Shown piece by piece: positions 9,655-19,516 of a stretch of DNA of 64,000 bases. The stretch spans positions 25,272 through 89,271 of the IMG/VR virus record IMGVR_UViG_3300042888_001972. One strand, given 5' to 3'. The stretch comes from a virus (lineage: Duplodnaviria > Caudoviricetes). The position numbers and the translations under genes were made by a program. The stretch's first letter is position 1. Each line of letters starts with the position of its first letter. The notes beneath the pieces were generated by a model. It ran no database searches. It had not been told where the DNA came from and saw only the letters and a program-made list of their open reading frames with translations.

Positions 9655-10782
9655 ATGGCAGTTATACCGGAACCAGAAAGAAGTAAAATTTATACAAGAG
9701 TCAAACATCAATTAGGTGCTCCACTTAGAAGTGTTGAACTTGAAGATGAAATGATGGACTCATTAATGGAATTATCTATTGGAGACTACGAAGAATACGT
9801 TCTTCAGTGGTTAATAGATAGTCAATGGGTTAATTTAGTTAACCTAAACATGAATGAGAAATCAGTTGCAAAAGCATTGATTACTCGAACAATGGATTTT
9901 GAACAACAATTTAGTTATTCATATTCAAAAATTGTAGGTCTTCAAACAGAAGGTCCATGGGTTTTGAAGAAAGATTATTTTATCTTAAGTGCAAATACTC
10001 AAACATACGAAATCCCTGCAGGTCGTGAGGTTAATGAATTATTATGGTTTAGTGATAGACCATGGAATGCATTTGGATTAGGTGCCACTGCCGGTGGATT
10101 TGGTGCTGGTATAGGTCTTGGAGCTAATGAGGCGGGATTCGCACAAATGGGAAATCAAGGTTCTTACTTTATGATGTCAGGTTTTGATTATCTTGTGAGA
10201 ATGCAAGAGGCAAATGTCTTGAGTAGAATTTTAGGAGGTTCACTTACCTATAGAATTACCGGATTACCTGATGGTAAGAAAAATATTCATTTATACAATA
10301 CACCGGGAGGAAGATTTAATTGGAATAATATTAACGGTTATGTGGGTAAAGCGGTGTGGTATTGGTATTATGATGTATCACCTGATAATAGAGCGGATTG
10401 TTTAAAAAATAATCCCGATGTAATTAAATTACCTTCGGATGTTCCAATGGATAATTTATCTTGGGAAGATTTAAACATACCAGGTCAACAATGGGTTAGA
10501 AGATGGTTTACCGCGTATTGTAAAGAAACGTTAGCAAGAGTTAGAGGAAAATATAGTGGTAATCTTAAAACACCTGATAGTGAATTAACTATGGACTATA
10601 CATCCTTATTAACTGAATCAAAAGATGAAAAAACTAAATTAATTGAAGAATTAACAGGTGCTGAAGGATGGTTAACAAGATTAAGACCAGAAAAAGTGAT
10701 GGAACGAGAGGCATTAATTGCGGAAAACTTAAACAAACAAATGAAATTTAGAGCAATGCCTCGACAAATATACGTAATATAA
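9655..10782 (+). CDS. Neck protein (T4 gp13-like)
   Basis: LGAPLRSVEL near the N-terminus; WVRRWFTAYCKETLARVRGKY near the C-terminus. Confidence 0.75.
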   Translation: MAVIPEPERSKIYTRVKHQLGAPLRSVELEDEMMDSLMELSIGDYEEYVLQWLIDSQWVNLVNLNMNEKSVAKALITRTMDFEQQFSYSYSKIVGLQTEGPWVLKKDYFILSANTQTYEIPAGREVNELLWFSDRPWNAFGLGATAGGFGAGIGLGANEAGFAQMGNQGSYFMMSGFDYLVRMQEANVLSRILGGSLTYRITGLPDGKKNIHLYNTPGGRFNWNNINGYVGKAVWYWYYDVSPDNRADCLKNNPDVIKLPSDVPMDNLSWEDLNIPGQQWVRRWFTAYCKETLARVRGKYSGNLKTPDSELTMDYTSLLTESKDEKTKLIEELTGAEGWLTRLRPEKVMEREALIAENLNKQMKFRAMPRQIYVI

Positions 10783-10783
10783 C

Positions 10784-11119
10784 ATGGCAATAATTAAATC
10801 AATACCATCAAGAAAAATAATAAACGGATTAATAATTGATTCTTCAGAAATTTCTGTAGTATCAGAATTGGATTATAAAACCAATGGTGAAAGTTGTATT
10901 ATTGTTAGAGGAGTATCTCAATCAGTAATCACTTTAAACTCAATAACAACTGACCATGTTGTTATAAAATCAATGACTAAAGTCACAATTAAACCTGATG
11001 TCGGAAAAATAGATGAAGATTATGATGAATTAGTTGCCGACCAATATGCATGTATCGAATTTAGATTTGTTGGTGGTAATTGGTATATTCTATCATCCGA
11101 TGGTTTAAAACAATCATAA
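10784..11119 (+). CDS. Small beta-rich hypothetical protein, probably structural
   Basis: 111 aa; ends FRFVGGNWYILS; follows the neck gene directly. Confidence 0.5.
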   Translation: MAIIKSIPSRKIINGLIIDSSEISVVSELDYKTNGESCIIVRGVSQSVITLNSITTDHVVIKSMTKVTIKPDVGKIDEDYDELVADQYACIEFRFVGGNWYILSSDGLKQS

Positions 11120-11150
11120 AAAAAAAAGTGGTCCTAAGACCACTTTTTTT
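11118..11150. terminator. Bidirectional intrinsic terminator
   Basis: A-tract, AGTGGTC-ctaa-GACCACT, T-tract between convergent genes. Confidence 0.85.
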
Positions 11151-13875
11151 ATGCTATTACCTTTAATTTTTCTTCCCAACCTTCTTCGGCTAAGTCATAC
11201 ATATAATCAGGAGATAACCCTCGTTTTTCCCAATATTTTAATTCTTGTTCTGTAACATCTAGAACATCTTCTTGTAATCTGTCTTGAGACCCTTCATCCA
11301 ATGGATGTCCATTTATCAACTCACATTGTGATTTTGTAAAGATACCTCTTTTTTCGGGGTCATTAACTAATAAGTTGTTTCTAACTTCATCTTGGAAAAC
11401 CACCATTAAAGGTTGTAATTTCTTATTGAATGTGGTTACCGCTCTTGCAACGTTATAGTCCCCTTTTAAATCAGGATTATCATCTAAGATATTCTTATCT
11501 AACATATAACAATTTAATTGAACTCCATCACCTTTTTTCTGAACATCACCGTGAGATGCTCTAAGTCCATTATTCACATACATAATAACATCCCCCAAGT
11601 TAACTTTTAAGTTTTCCTGTAATGCTAATTCCATATGGGCCATTCTTGACATACTATTACCTGCTTTTGTTTTAGTGGATAATCGTTTCTTATAATCATC
11701 TAATGATAATTTAACTCTAGCTCTTTGAGCTACCTTACTTAAAGAAATTTCTTTATCATAAATTTTTTGTAAGTATTCATAATAATATTCAACAAACGCC
11801 TGTCCTTTCCCTTCTAACAATAACTTAATCCCTTTATCTAAAAACTCCTCAATGTACAGTGGTAATTTTTTAGATTTAATTGAGTTACCGGTAAGTTTTA
11901 TTTTACCTTTAGAATCCATAACCGCATAATTCTTACGAGCTAAGTTGATAGTTGAGGGCCAAACACCATCAGTATCAAGTGCCATCTCACCTCTCATAAA
12001 AACATCATTATACTCCGCAACATCCGCCTCAGGTCCATAATATTCTTTACCCTCTTTAACCTTCCAATTCAATCCACGACCAACATAAACTCTATCATTC
12101 GCTTCGTCCGGTGTGGAGAAGTTAACACCATCCGTATCCATTACTAACGGGGTGTATCCTTTTGACATAAAGAACTTAATCATTTGACGAAGATATTGTC
12201 TACCGGTACAGGTAATCTGTTCTCCCATATACATATCTCCCCAAGCGTATACCTGTGGTGCCGACAATGCTCCGAACATTGAGTTAATGAAAATCTTAAT
12301 CGGTAATTGTTTATTACCATATGATTCTGATTTCGCCCTGTCTGTTTCGTAAAACTCCTCAGCCAATTGTTTGTATTTAATACGAGTATTACGGAAATAA
12401 GTCAACATACCTTTCATTGCACCTGTTACATCACAATCAGGGAATACATCGTGTACTAACTGAATTGAGGGGTATAGGGAACTAAAATCGAGTTTTAGGA
12501 CATTCTTACTATAACCAACTTTTAATAGTCTTGAAAGACCTCCTACGAAGTCAGTCTTAGATTCTTTTGCCGGTATCGCAATCCCATGTTTATAAGACCA
12601 AGCTAACATTAACATTTTCCATAATGTCGCCGTACCCATAGTTGAAACCCTTTCATATGTTGTTGGAATCATTGCCGCCAACAAGAATGAACCTTGGTTA
12701 AACTCTTGGTCCACCTTAAGGGTTTCATCTAAGTCATCGTCAAGATACCTCTCAACTAACTTATCTCCTGTAGTTTTTTCGTAAGTATCAGTTCTTCTCT
12801 CACAAATCCCATCAATCTTAGAATCAACACCAACTTTTTTATAATTACCATTAGTTGTGTTTAACCAAAACTCTTCTTTGTTTGCATAAAATGGACCAAT
12901 ATCCAAGTGGTCAATATAAACACGACTCGGAGATTCTGCATTAATATACTTGGTAATATATTTTAAACCAGCTGCTTTAATACTTGAGTTGATAGCTTGA
13001 GCTCTACGAACCGCATGAATAATGTCAATTACATTATAACCCCAAATAGAAGTTTGAGTATAAATCTCAACCTCATTTGCCAATTTTAACATACCATCTT
13101 TACGAGTATAAGAATGGTTAGGGTTTAATGATTTACAAACTTTCTTTAAATCAATTCCCAATATCTTACTTCTCTCAAATATCCAATGCCAGTCAAAGTT
13201 TGCTGAGTTATACCCACCAATAATAGATGGTTTAAGTTCGTTGATTACTTTGAAGAATTCAATGATTGCTCCCTTCTCTTCATTCTCATCAGTACATTCG
13301 ATTACTCTGTGGTAACCTTTATTGGTTTTAATTCCAATCATGAAGATACGACCGTCCTTAGGTTCAAGTGAGGTCGTCTCCAAGTCATATACCATTCGAG
13401 TAACCTCGTTATAGTTTTCAAACCCTTTAAATAATCTCTTTTCTTTGGATACAAGGTATTGTTCCACCGGAGATAGAAGTGTTATCTTATCCTTGGATTT
13501 GTCCCCCCACGGGTCACATCCACCATCCCTAAAGAATTGGATAAGTTCTCGGTAACCTTTCATCGATTTAACTAAAAACGTTAAACCTTTTTCGAGACGT
13601 TCGTTTCCATGAGTTTCTAATTTTTCAATTATAATCCCATACTTAGTCATCGCCTCTTTCTGAGCGGCTTTCGAATCATTATAAAATTTTAGATTTCTTA
13701 AATCACCTACCCAAGCGAACGGGGTAAAAGTGTCTTTACGGATTTCTTTCCCTTTTCCGGGAATCTCCTTAATTTTGTAGATACAGTTGTCTCGGTAATC
13801 ATACTCGATGGCAACTATAAATTCTTCCGGGTCATTCCCATGTAGGAATGACTCAATTTCTTCACTGTTAATCAT
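11149..13875 (-). CDS. Family B DNA polymerase
   Basis: Exonuclease DLETT and GYNSANFD; polymerase DFSSLYPS, KIFINSMFG, MDTDG, KNYA; no intein seen. Confidence 0.95.
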   Translation of the reverse strand: MINSEEIESFLHGNDPEEFIVAIEYDYRDNCIYKIKEIPGKGKEIRKDTFTPFAWVGDLRNLKFYNDSKAAQKEAMTKYGIIIEKLETHGNERLEKGLTFLVKSMKGYRELIQFFRDGGCDPWGDKSKDKITLLSPVEQYLVSKEKRLFKGFENYNEVTRMVYDLETTSLEPKDGRIFMIGIKTNKGYHRVIECTDENEEKGAIIEFFKVINELKPSIIGGYNSANFDWHWIFERSKILGIDLKKVCKSLNPNHSYTRKDGMLKLANEVEIYTQTSIWGYNVIDIIHAVRRAQAINSSIKAAGLKYITKYINAESPSRVYIDHLDIGPFYANKEEFWLNTTNGNYKKVGVDSKIDGICERRTDTYEKTTGDKLVERYLDDDLDETLKVDQEFNQGSFLLAAMIPTTYERVSTMGTATLWKMLMLAWSYKHGIAIPAKESKTDFVGGLSRLLKVGYSKNVLKLDFSSLYPSIQLVHDVFPDCDVTGAMKGMLTYFRNTRIKYKQLAEEFYETDRAKSESYGNKQLPIKIFINSMFGALSAPQVYAWGDMYMGEQITCTGRQYLRQMIKFFMSKGYTPLVMDTDGVNFSTPDEANDRVYVGRGLNWKVKEGKEYYGPEADVAEYNDVFMRGEMALDTDGVWPSTINLARKNYAVMDSKGKIKLTGNSIKSKKLPLYIEEFLDKGIKLLLEGKGQAFVEYYYEYLQKIYDKEISLSKVAQRARVKLSLDDYKKRLSTKTKAGNSMSRMAHMELALQENLKVNLGDVIMYVNNGLRASHGDVQKKGDGVQLNCYMLDKNILDDNPDLKGDYNVARAVTTFNKKLQPLMVVFQDEVRNNLLVNDPEKRGIFTKSQCELINGHPLDEGSQDRLQEDVLDVTEQELKYWEKRGLSPDYMYDLAEEGWEEKLKVIA

Positions 13876-13977
13876 TTGTTTTATTTAGGAGTGGTTTATT
13901 GGCAATCACTTAGTTGTGAAGTTTACCTTACTCATCGTAAATAAATATAATGAATAAAAATCGATTGTCAAATTATG

Positions 13978-14007
13978 AAAAAAAAAATCCCCCAAAAGGT
14001 GGGGGAA
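13978..14007 (-). terminator. Intrinsic terminator after the 37-aa ORF
   Basis: Minus strand TCCCCCA-ccttt-TGGGGGA followed by a T10 tract. Confidence 0.85.
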
Positions 14008-14011
14008 GTTA

Positions 14012-14125
14012 TTAATAAATTATTTTTTTGTGTTTTGGTTTTCTGTTATAATTTTTTTTACTTTTTTGAATTAATGGTCTTGACGCCATCCATATCTCTT
14101 GCATTGTAAAGGTAGTTGTTTTCAT
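14012..14125 (-). CDS. 37-aa basic peptide, ArfA-like (not in ORF track)
   Basis: MKTTTFTMQEIWMASRPLIQKSKKNYNRKPKHKKIIY*; has its own promoter and terminator. Confidence 0.65.
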   Translation of the reverse strand: MKTTTFTMQEIWMASRPLIQKSKKNYNRKPKHKKIIY

Positions 14126-14167
14126 GATTTGTGTAGGTGTTTATATGATTGTTTCATTTTGACAGGA

Positions 14168-14199
14168 CAAAAGTAATACTTTAATTTGAATTACACAAG
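14168..14199 (-). promoter_or_regulatory. Bacteroidota-type (-33/-7) promoter
   Basis: cTTG-N20-TACTTTTG on the minus strand, upstream of the 37-aa ORF. Confidence 0.7.
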
Positions 14200-14229
14200 A
14201 ATTTATAAAAAAAAATATATTTATAAGTT

Positions 14230-14802
14230 ATGAATCAATTAATAAAAAATATACTTAGGGAATTTGTTGATAAAATAGTTTCTTTTGAGGTTGTTGGTAA
14301 TTATTTAACGGAAGAAAATGGTGAAAAGTTTATCCCAACAATTAGTCAAGAAGTTAGACAACTAATCAAATCAAGATTATCTTTTATTAATCCATTTATA
14401 GGTGTTTTTGTTGATAAAAAAACTGGTGCGGAAAAAAAGATAGAATTTGAGATTATCCCGACAAAACATTATTTGGATAGGTTATACAGAAAAGACGACC
14501 CTAAATACGCAAATAACCAAAAATTAACTAATCCGTTCCCTTTGGAAGGTCTCAATTTTTTATACGATAATAGGGATAGATTGGCCGAAGAAATAATGAC
14601 AAAAAGAATTAATGATGGTGATATTGTTGCGGTTAAAAGATATTATGATACACTTTATTCTGTTGTTGTTTCTTTAGATAGAAAGAATACAAAAAACATA
14701 CCTCTATATCAACTACATTTAAAAACACAAATCAAAGGAGATAATTTTTACGGAAAACGAGGACAAAAAGAATTAAAAATTAAAAACCCCTCAAATAATT
14801 AA
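14230..14802 (+). CDS. Hypothetical protein
   Basis: 190 aa; TATTTAT at 14218-14224; LIKNILREF leader. Confidence 0.65.
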   Translation: MNQLIKNILREFVDKIVSFEVVGNYLTEENGEKFIPTISQEVRQLIKSRLSFINPFIGVFVDKKTGAEKKIEFEIIPTKHYLDRLYRKDDPKYANNQKLTNPFPLEGLNFLYDNRDRLAEEIMTKRINDGDIVAVKRYYDTLYSVVVSLDRKNTKNIPLYQLHLKTQIKGDNFYGKRGQKELKIKNPSNN

Positions 14803-14812
14803 GGGGTTTTTT
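14782..14812. terminator. Bidirectional intrinsic terminator
   Basis: AAAAACCCCT...AGGGGTTTTTT. Confidence 0.8.
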
Positions 14813-14950
14813 ATTTAGTACACTAACCTTTCGTGTTGTACTTTCGATTTACGCTTGGTAGGATAATCCAAGTAATCCACTTAATCACCATCGTTAGATG
14901 TACTCGCTGTATTTAAAATACCCACTCGTTTTCAATTAAGATTTTTTAAT
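14813..14950 (-). ncRNA. Candidate structured small RNA of unknown family
   Basis: Lies between a consensus promoter (14958-14988) and a terminator; extended stem AGTACA-T-CTAAC/GTTAG-TGTACT encloses GATTACTTGG/CCAAGCGTAAATC. Confidence 0.55.
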
Positions 14951-14957
14951 TCTTTGA

Positions 14958-14988
14958 CAAAGATACAACTTAATTTGAACTTGCCAAA
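14958..14988 (-). promoter_or_regulatory. Bacteroidota-type (-33/-7) promoter
   Basis: TTTG-N19-TATCTTTG on the minus strand. Confidence 0.8.
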
Positions 14989-15005
14989 CTTATTTTATTT
15001 TTTTT

Positions 15006-15383
15006 TTAACAACAAGCAGTTTCTGAAATAAAACTTGGTTGAACATTAATATAAAGTTCTTCTCTAATTGGAAGAATTAAATTACCTTCGTCATTCTTAA
15101 TTAAGAATTGACCCTCATATCTACCCGGAGTGTTAGTATCTCGGGAGGTAAATTTAAAGTAAATGTAGTATTCAGGAGATGCTCCGTCAGGTAAAATTAA
15201 ATTTACAATTTCGGCGGGAGCGGACACTATTTTAGGAATACCCGTCTCCACGTCAATCATTGTAAAAAATATTGTAGATACCTCTAAATCTTGCATAAGT
15301 TGTTGGTATCCGGCTCTACCGTCCTTAACAACTTGCATTTTCAATACAGGTAATGTTGCGTTTTGTTTGATATAAAATTCCAT
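15006..15383 (-). CDS. BppU-like baseplate/fibre-attachment domain protein
   Basis: 125 aa; FYIKQNATLP...DTNTPGRYEGQF pattern; late motif at 15388-15394. Confidence 0.5.
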   Translation of the reverse strand: MEFYIKQNATLPVLKMQVVKDGRAGYQQLMQDLEVSTIFFTMIDVETGIPKIVSAPAEIVNLILPDGASPEYYIYFKFTSRDTNTPGRYEGQFLIKNDEGNLILPIREELYINVQPSFISETACC

Positions 15384-15399
15384 AACAATAAATATATCG

Positions 15400-17079
15400 T
15401 TATGACTCTTTACGTAACTCTCCTTCGTAATGTTCGAATCTATCGTGTTCAGTTGGGGTTAAAAGTAATAAACCCGATGACAATTCACCCTTTTTAGTTA
15501 ATTGATACATATGACTCATCCATGTTTGTTCGAATGGATGTGCCCATGTTGTGTCCAAAAACATTTTTTTATTTCCCGGTCTACTAACAATTTGAGGCCA
15601 ATTACAATAATAAACTTCACCGGAACCATACGGTAAACCTTTGTGAGATAAAATTGATGAAAATTTAGTTTTTGGTGCGTTAGGGTCTAACCCAAGATGA
15701 GGTAATGACGATTTTTCAGGCCAAAACTCTTCTCTAACTGATTGAGGTACGTTATACCAAGACCATTGGGTACCATTATCACCATAAAACTCAGAATAAT
15801 TAAGTTTTAAAAAATCAAAATTTTCTTTTTTAATTATCTCTAATGATTTGGTATACAAATTTGGGACATATCTATTAAAACCATTTCGACAAACAGAACC
15901 TTCGTTAGGAAAGAAAAACATATCATCTTCAAAAAATAAATAATAATCTAAATCTGTCGTTTCAAAATGTTCGGCAATCCATTGTCTACCTCCACAAATC
16001 CCAAGATTTTCTTTTTTTATGTGTTCAAATCCGTGTTCTTCACATAATTTCAAGTACTCCTCTGTTGTTGATAAATCCGTTGAATTATCCAACAAATATT
16101 TCTTAGTCTTTAATAAATAATCATTATCATAAACTTCAAATGATTTAATCAACGTTTTAAATTGATTTGGGCTATTAAAAGTCAAAACATAAAGACCAAC
16201 TTTATTGGTGTCTAAATTGTTTCCAACAATTACCTTTGATTCGTTTTTTGGAACTAAATCATCGTTTTTTAAATCTTCAAAAAATTTACCAACTAACCCA
16301 TTAGATTCAATTTCAAAGTAGTTAATTAAATCAGAATGTTTGTAAGACATTATACTAAAGATTGATTCTTCAGTACCCATATAACCTTCACTAAGAGTAG
16401 ATTTTAGTAAACCATAGTAAATTCCATTAATATCTGTAATAGTACTTTTAGGTCCCCCAAAAAATCCACCTCGAGAAACTTTAGTAACCTTATTACCGGC
16501 AATTGAATTTAATTTATTATACTCAAAACCATGTATTTCACTCTCAGCTCCATAAGGAAAACTAATAAATGAAAATTTTGAAACATACTTTGATAATTTA
16601 TCAAAAACTTTATCGTGAGTAAAATAACCCGGATGAACTGTATTAGTTAATCCACCATCTATCCAAAACATATATTCCGAATCAAACTTATCAAATATTT
16701 TTGCATCATGTAAAAGAAAAACTTTTGACATAACTAATGGGTTATAATTCTCAAGTTTTGCCTGTGTCGATTGCTCTAACCACCCAACTTGACTATACCA
16801 ATTAGGGTTATTCCTAATATTTTGAATCAAAGGAAAGAACTCTGAATCGGTAAACCAATTTAATGGTCTTTCAATAAATTGAGTATTTGATTCATCCCTT
16901 TTTGTAAAAACAAAATCTTTAAGTTCTTTATCCCCAAAAATAATCATATTTTCTTGAACATCTAAAAGTTGTTCAAATTTATCTAAATAATGTTGGTACG
17001 ACCTTGACCATCCTTCAGTTAGGTCACTTCTACCAATATCCCATATTCCTGTTACTAACGTTATATTACTCATTTTCAA
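15400..17079 (-). CDS. Two-domain glycosyltransferase (HtrL/YibB-like plus GT-A)
   Basis: TLVTGIWDIGR, FWIDGG, GGFFGG, MGTEE; second domain VLTFNSP...FFEDD. Confidence 0.7.
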   Translation of the reverse strand: MKMSNITLVTGIWDIGRSDLTEGWSRSYQHYLDKFEQLLDVQENMIIFGDKELKDFVFTKRDESNTQFIERPLNWFTDSEFFPLIQNIRNNPNWYSQVGWLEQSTQAKLENYNPLVMSKVFLLHDAKIFDKFDSEYMFWIDGGLTNTVHPGYFTHDKVFDKLSKYVSKFSFISFPYGAESEIHGFEYNKLNSIAGNKVTKVSRGGFFGGPKSTITDINGIYYGLLKSTLSEGYMGTEESIFSIMSYKHSDLINYFEIESNGLVGKFFEDLKNDDLVPKNESKVIVGNNLDTNKVGLYVLTFNSPNQFKTLIKSFEVYDNDYLLKTKKYLLDNSTDLSTTEEYLKLCEEHGFEHIKKENLGICGGRQWIAEHFETTDLDYYLFFEDDMFFFPNEGSVCRNGFNRYVPNLYTKSLEIIKKENFDFLKLNYSEFYGDNGTQWSWYNVPQSVREEFWPEKSSLPHLGLDPNAPKTKFSSILSHKGLPYGSGEVYYCNWPQIVSRPGNKKMFLDTTWAHPFEQTWMSHMYQLTKKGELSSGLLLLTPTEHDRFEHYEGELRKES

Positions 17080-17929
17080 TGTTATTTAATTTTTCAAAAA
17101 TTCTATAAAAATATATCTCATTATCAAAGTTATATTGTGCCATATCACTATCTTCATGGTGCCATGTAGTGAATATTAATTTATTAAAGTTATTTTTATT
17201 TCTTTGATATATTATTGTATATAAGGCTTCTTCCATGTCTAACGCATCATAATCAATCATTTCTTTTAAAACATCGTCATACATTAAACAAAAATCATTA
17301 ATAAGTTCTTTTTTACCACCAAACATACCTCCGACAATATGACAATTATCAACAATGTCTATGTTATGATAAAATTTTTGGTTAGCTCTTCGTTCTAATA
17401 AGTGTTTTGATTGGTCCCCATATAACACCGTAACCTTATCTTCAACCTTATTCAAGTTCTCAACCATTGTAGGGTTGAATAATGTACATGAGAAAAAGTC
17501 GTGGAAATTATCACCACTTCGATATTTTCTTGGAAATAAACCTCCATGTGATAAACCACAATCAATCCAATAATAAAAATCATAATCCTCTGTAAGATGA
17601 TTTTTAATCCATGAAGTTTTACTATGCATTATTTCATGACATCTATCACTTTTATTTCCATTCAACATTTTTTGAAAATATTCGTGGTTTGGATGTGAAA
17701 ATAAATCATAAATAATAAACCTAACGTTTGATTTATATTCGGTAAAATCAATATGTTTTTCAAGATATTCTTTATCTTCTTGAGATGTGTAAATTACAAA
17801 ATCTGATTCTAAATTCAGTAGTGTTCTTAATGAATTTACATAATGATGAATTCTACCAACACGGCCACCTAAAATTGTGTTGTCTAACCCGTTATAAAAA
17901 CAAGTTATAAATAATGTTTTGTTTTCCAT
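17066..17929 (-). CDS. HtrL/YibB-like glycosyltransferase
   Basis: YYWIDCG, GGMFGG, MEE; similar to the N-domain of the downstream gene. Confidence 0.65.
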   Translation of the reverse strand: MENKTLFITCFYNGLDNTILGGRVGRIHHYVNSLRTLLNLESDFVIYTSQEDKEYLEKHIDFTEYKSNVRFIIYDLFSHPNHEYFQKMLNGNKSDRCHEIMHSKTSWIKNHLTEDYDFYYWIDCGLSHGGLFPRKYRSGDNFHDFFSCTLFNPTMVENLNKVEDKVTVLYGDQSKHLLERRANQKFYHNIDIVDNCHIVGGMFGGKKELINDFCLMYDDVLKEMIDYDALDMEEALYTIIYQRNKNNFNKLIFTTWHHEDSDMAQYNFDNEIYFYRIFEKLNNIENE

Positions 17930-17938
17930 TTTAATGTT

Positions 17939-18577
17939 TTAAAAAAATATATAATTTTGAGGTTTTCCGAAATTATTTTCGTCCCACCATCCACCAACAA
18001 AATATTCATTGGTTTTTTCAATTGGAAAGGTTTTCAAATATGTTGAACAGTGAATCAAATAACTGTCATTAAATAAAGGTACTAATTTTTCTCTTAAAAA
18101 TTTTTGGTCTGAATCATAGTAATGACCTTCCCAATCTTTACTTAATTCATTCATTTTAACTCTATCATTTTTTTTAATCCCCCACATTCCACCCATAATA
18201 TTATTATGGCTAGGATTATCTCTAATTGAATGTAATAAGAATTCAGACTCCATAAAAATATCCACACAATGTTTTTCTCGATACGATAGTCTGGCGTCAG
18301 CATCTCTTGAAATCATAACTTCAACATCCTCATCGTCAATTGCTAAAAATCTCCACATCATCGGGAAGATATTTTCTTCACCTTCATCCATTAAGTATAA
18401 TTCAACATTACTATAAGTTTTTAATTGTTCTATAATCTCCGATGAAACTGATTTACCATAATAAATCCTACATATCCAATCCGGAAAAATAACTTGGGCA
18501 ATCTCAACATTACTTATCATTCCATAAGAATATTTTTGTTGCCCACCATACAAAGAAAATGATATTATTTTTTTCAT
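17939..18577 (-). CDS. Putative GT-A glycosyltransferase (paralog of 39935..40591)
   Basis: KKIISFSLYG, MMWRF, SRDADAR (DxD), IMGGMWG, DQKFL. Confidence 0.65.
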   Translation of the reverse strand: MKKIISFSLYGGQQKYSYGMISNVEIAQVIFPDWICRIYYGKSVSSEIIEQLKTYSNVELYLMDEGEENIFPMMWRFLAIDDEDVEVMISRDADARLSYREKHCVDIFMESEFLLHSIRDNPSHNNIMGGMWGIKKNDRVKMNELSKDWEGHYYDSDQKFLREKLVPLFNDSYLIHCSTYLKTFPIEKTNEYFVGGWWDENNFGKPQNYIFF

Positions 18578-19515
18578 TATGATAAATCCATAAAAGGCCC
18601 GTAATTTTGTACAAACGAATTGTTTTTATACGGGTTTACAACCCCAAATTTATTGTTTAGCACACCATAAACAATAAAATTACTAATCCAACTATAATTT
18701 GTAAATATGTTAATTTTTTCTGACATTGAAATTAAACAAAATTCAACTAAACAAAAGTTCCAATATTCTTCATCATTATAATCTCTTCTTGTCGTTTTTA
18801 AAATATCATCGTCATATAAAAAAACATTATTAAAATGTTCTTTTATATATTGTTTAACTCTCATACTATTTGAACAAACAAAAACCATTTCATTACTATC
18901 ACAAATATCTTTTATTTTGTTCATTGTATTTTCATTTATTGAAAATGTCGATTTTAATGTTTTGTGTCTTACTTGAAACTCTTCATCTTGTATGTCAGGA
19001 TGTAATATTCTAGAATTATATGCGTCTCCAATGTCATCCCACTCTCTAAAATGAATAACACTAAAATTATTTAAATCGTTATCTGTTCTAAATTTTTCTG
19101 TGTTTTTAATAATCTCTTTAGATAATTTTGGAAAATTACTTAAGTCTTGATAATTTAATAAACCAAAATGAGATAAATTAAAAAAATATTGATTATATTC
19201 ATCATTGAATTCTTTAGGGACAAACATTTCCCAACAATGTACCCCTGCATTCCATTTCTCATGTGGGTATTTTATTTTATAATTTTCAAAATCATTTAAA
19301 GTTTTTCCATTTTCAACTAAAAATATTTGGTCAAAATATTCATAATATTTGGATTCAAATAAATTTAAAAAATCTATTTTCCTTTTGGAATTAAAGTACA
19401 AATGAACATCATGACCTAATTCTTTAAGTTGTTTAGATGAAAAATATATTTCACAAAAATAAGCATAAAAATCTCCAATACCCGAACTAAAATTTATTTG
19501 TATATTAATAGTCAT
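18577..19515 (-). CDS. Putative fucosyltransferase-like GT-B protein
   Basis: SGIGD, VIHFR, VFVCSN, EFCLIS...SNF resemble conserved GDP-fucose transferase motifs (GT11/GT23/O-FucT clan). Confidence 0.5.
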   Translation of the reverse strand: MTINIQINFSSGIGDFYAYFCEIYFSSKQLKELGHDVHLYFNSKRKIDFLNLFESKYYEYFDQIFLVENGKTLNDFENYKIKYPHEKWNAGVHCWEMFVPKEFNDEYNQYFFNLSHFGLLNYQDLSNFPKLSKEIIKNTEKFRTDNDLNNFSVIHFREWDDIGDAYNSRILHPDIQDEEFQVRHKTLKSTFSINENTMNKIKDICDSNEMVFVCSNSMRVKQYIKEHFNNVFLYDDDILKTTRRDYNDEEYWNFCLVEFCLISMSEKINIFTNYSWISNFIVYGVLNNKFGVVNPYKNNSFVQNYGPFMDLS

Positions 19516-19516
19516 T

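Noticed and set aside
6305-13875. Inteins or introns in the helicase or polymerase
   Set aside because: Conserved motifs are normally spaced; no splice-junction or homing-endonuclease motifs were seen
14813-14950. tRNA, SRP RNA or hammerhead identity for the candidate RNA
   Set aside because: No cloverleaf or TTC loop, no SRP GGAA/AGCAG motif, no CTGATGA core
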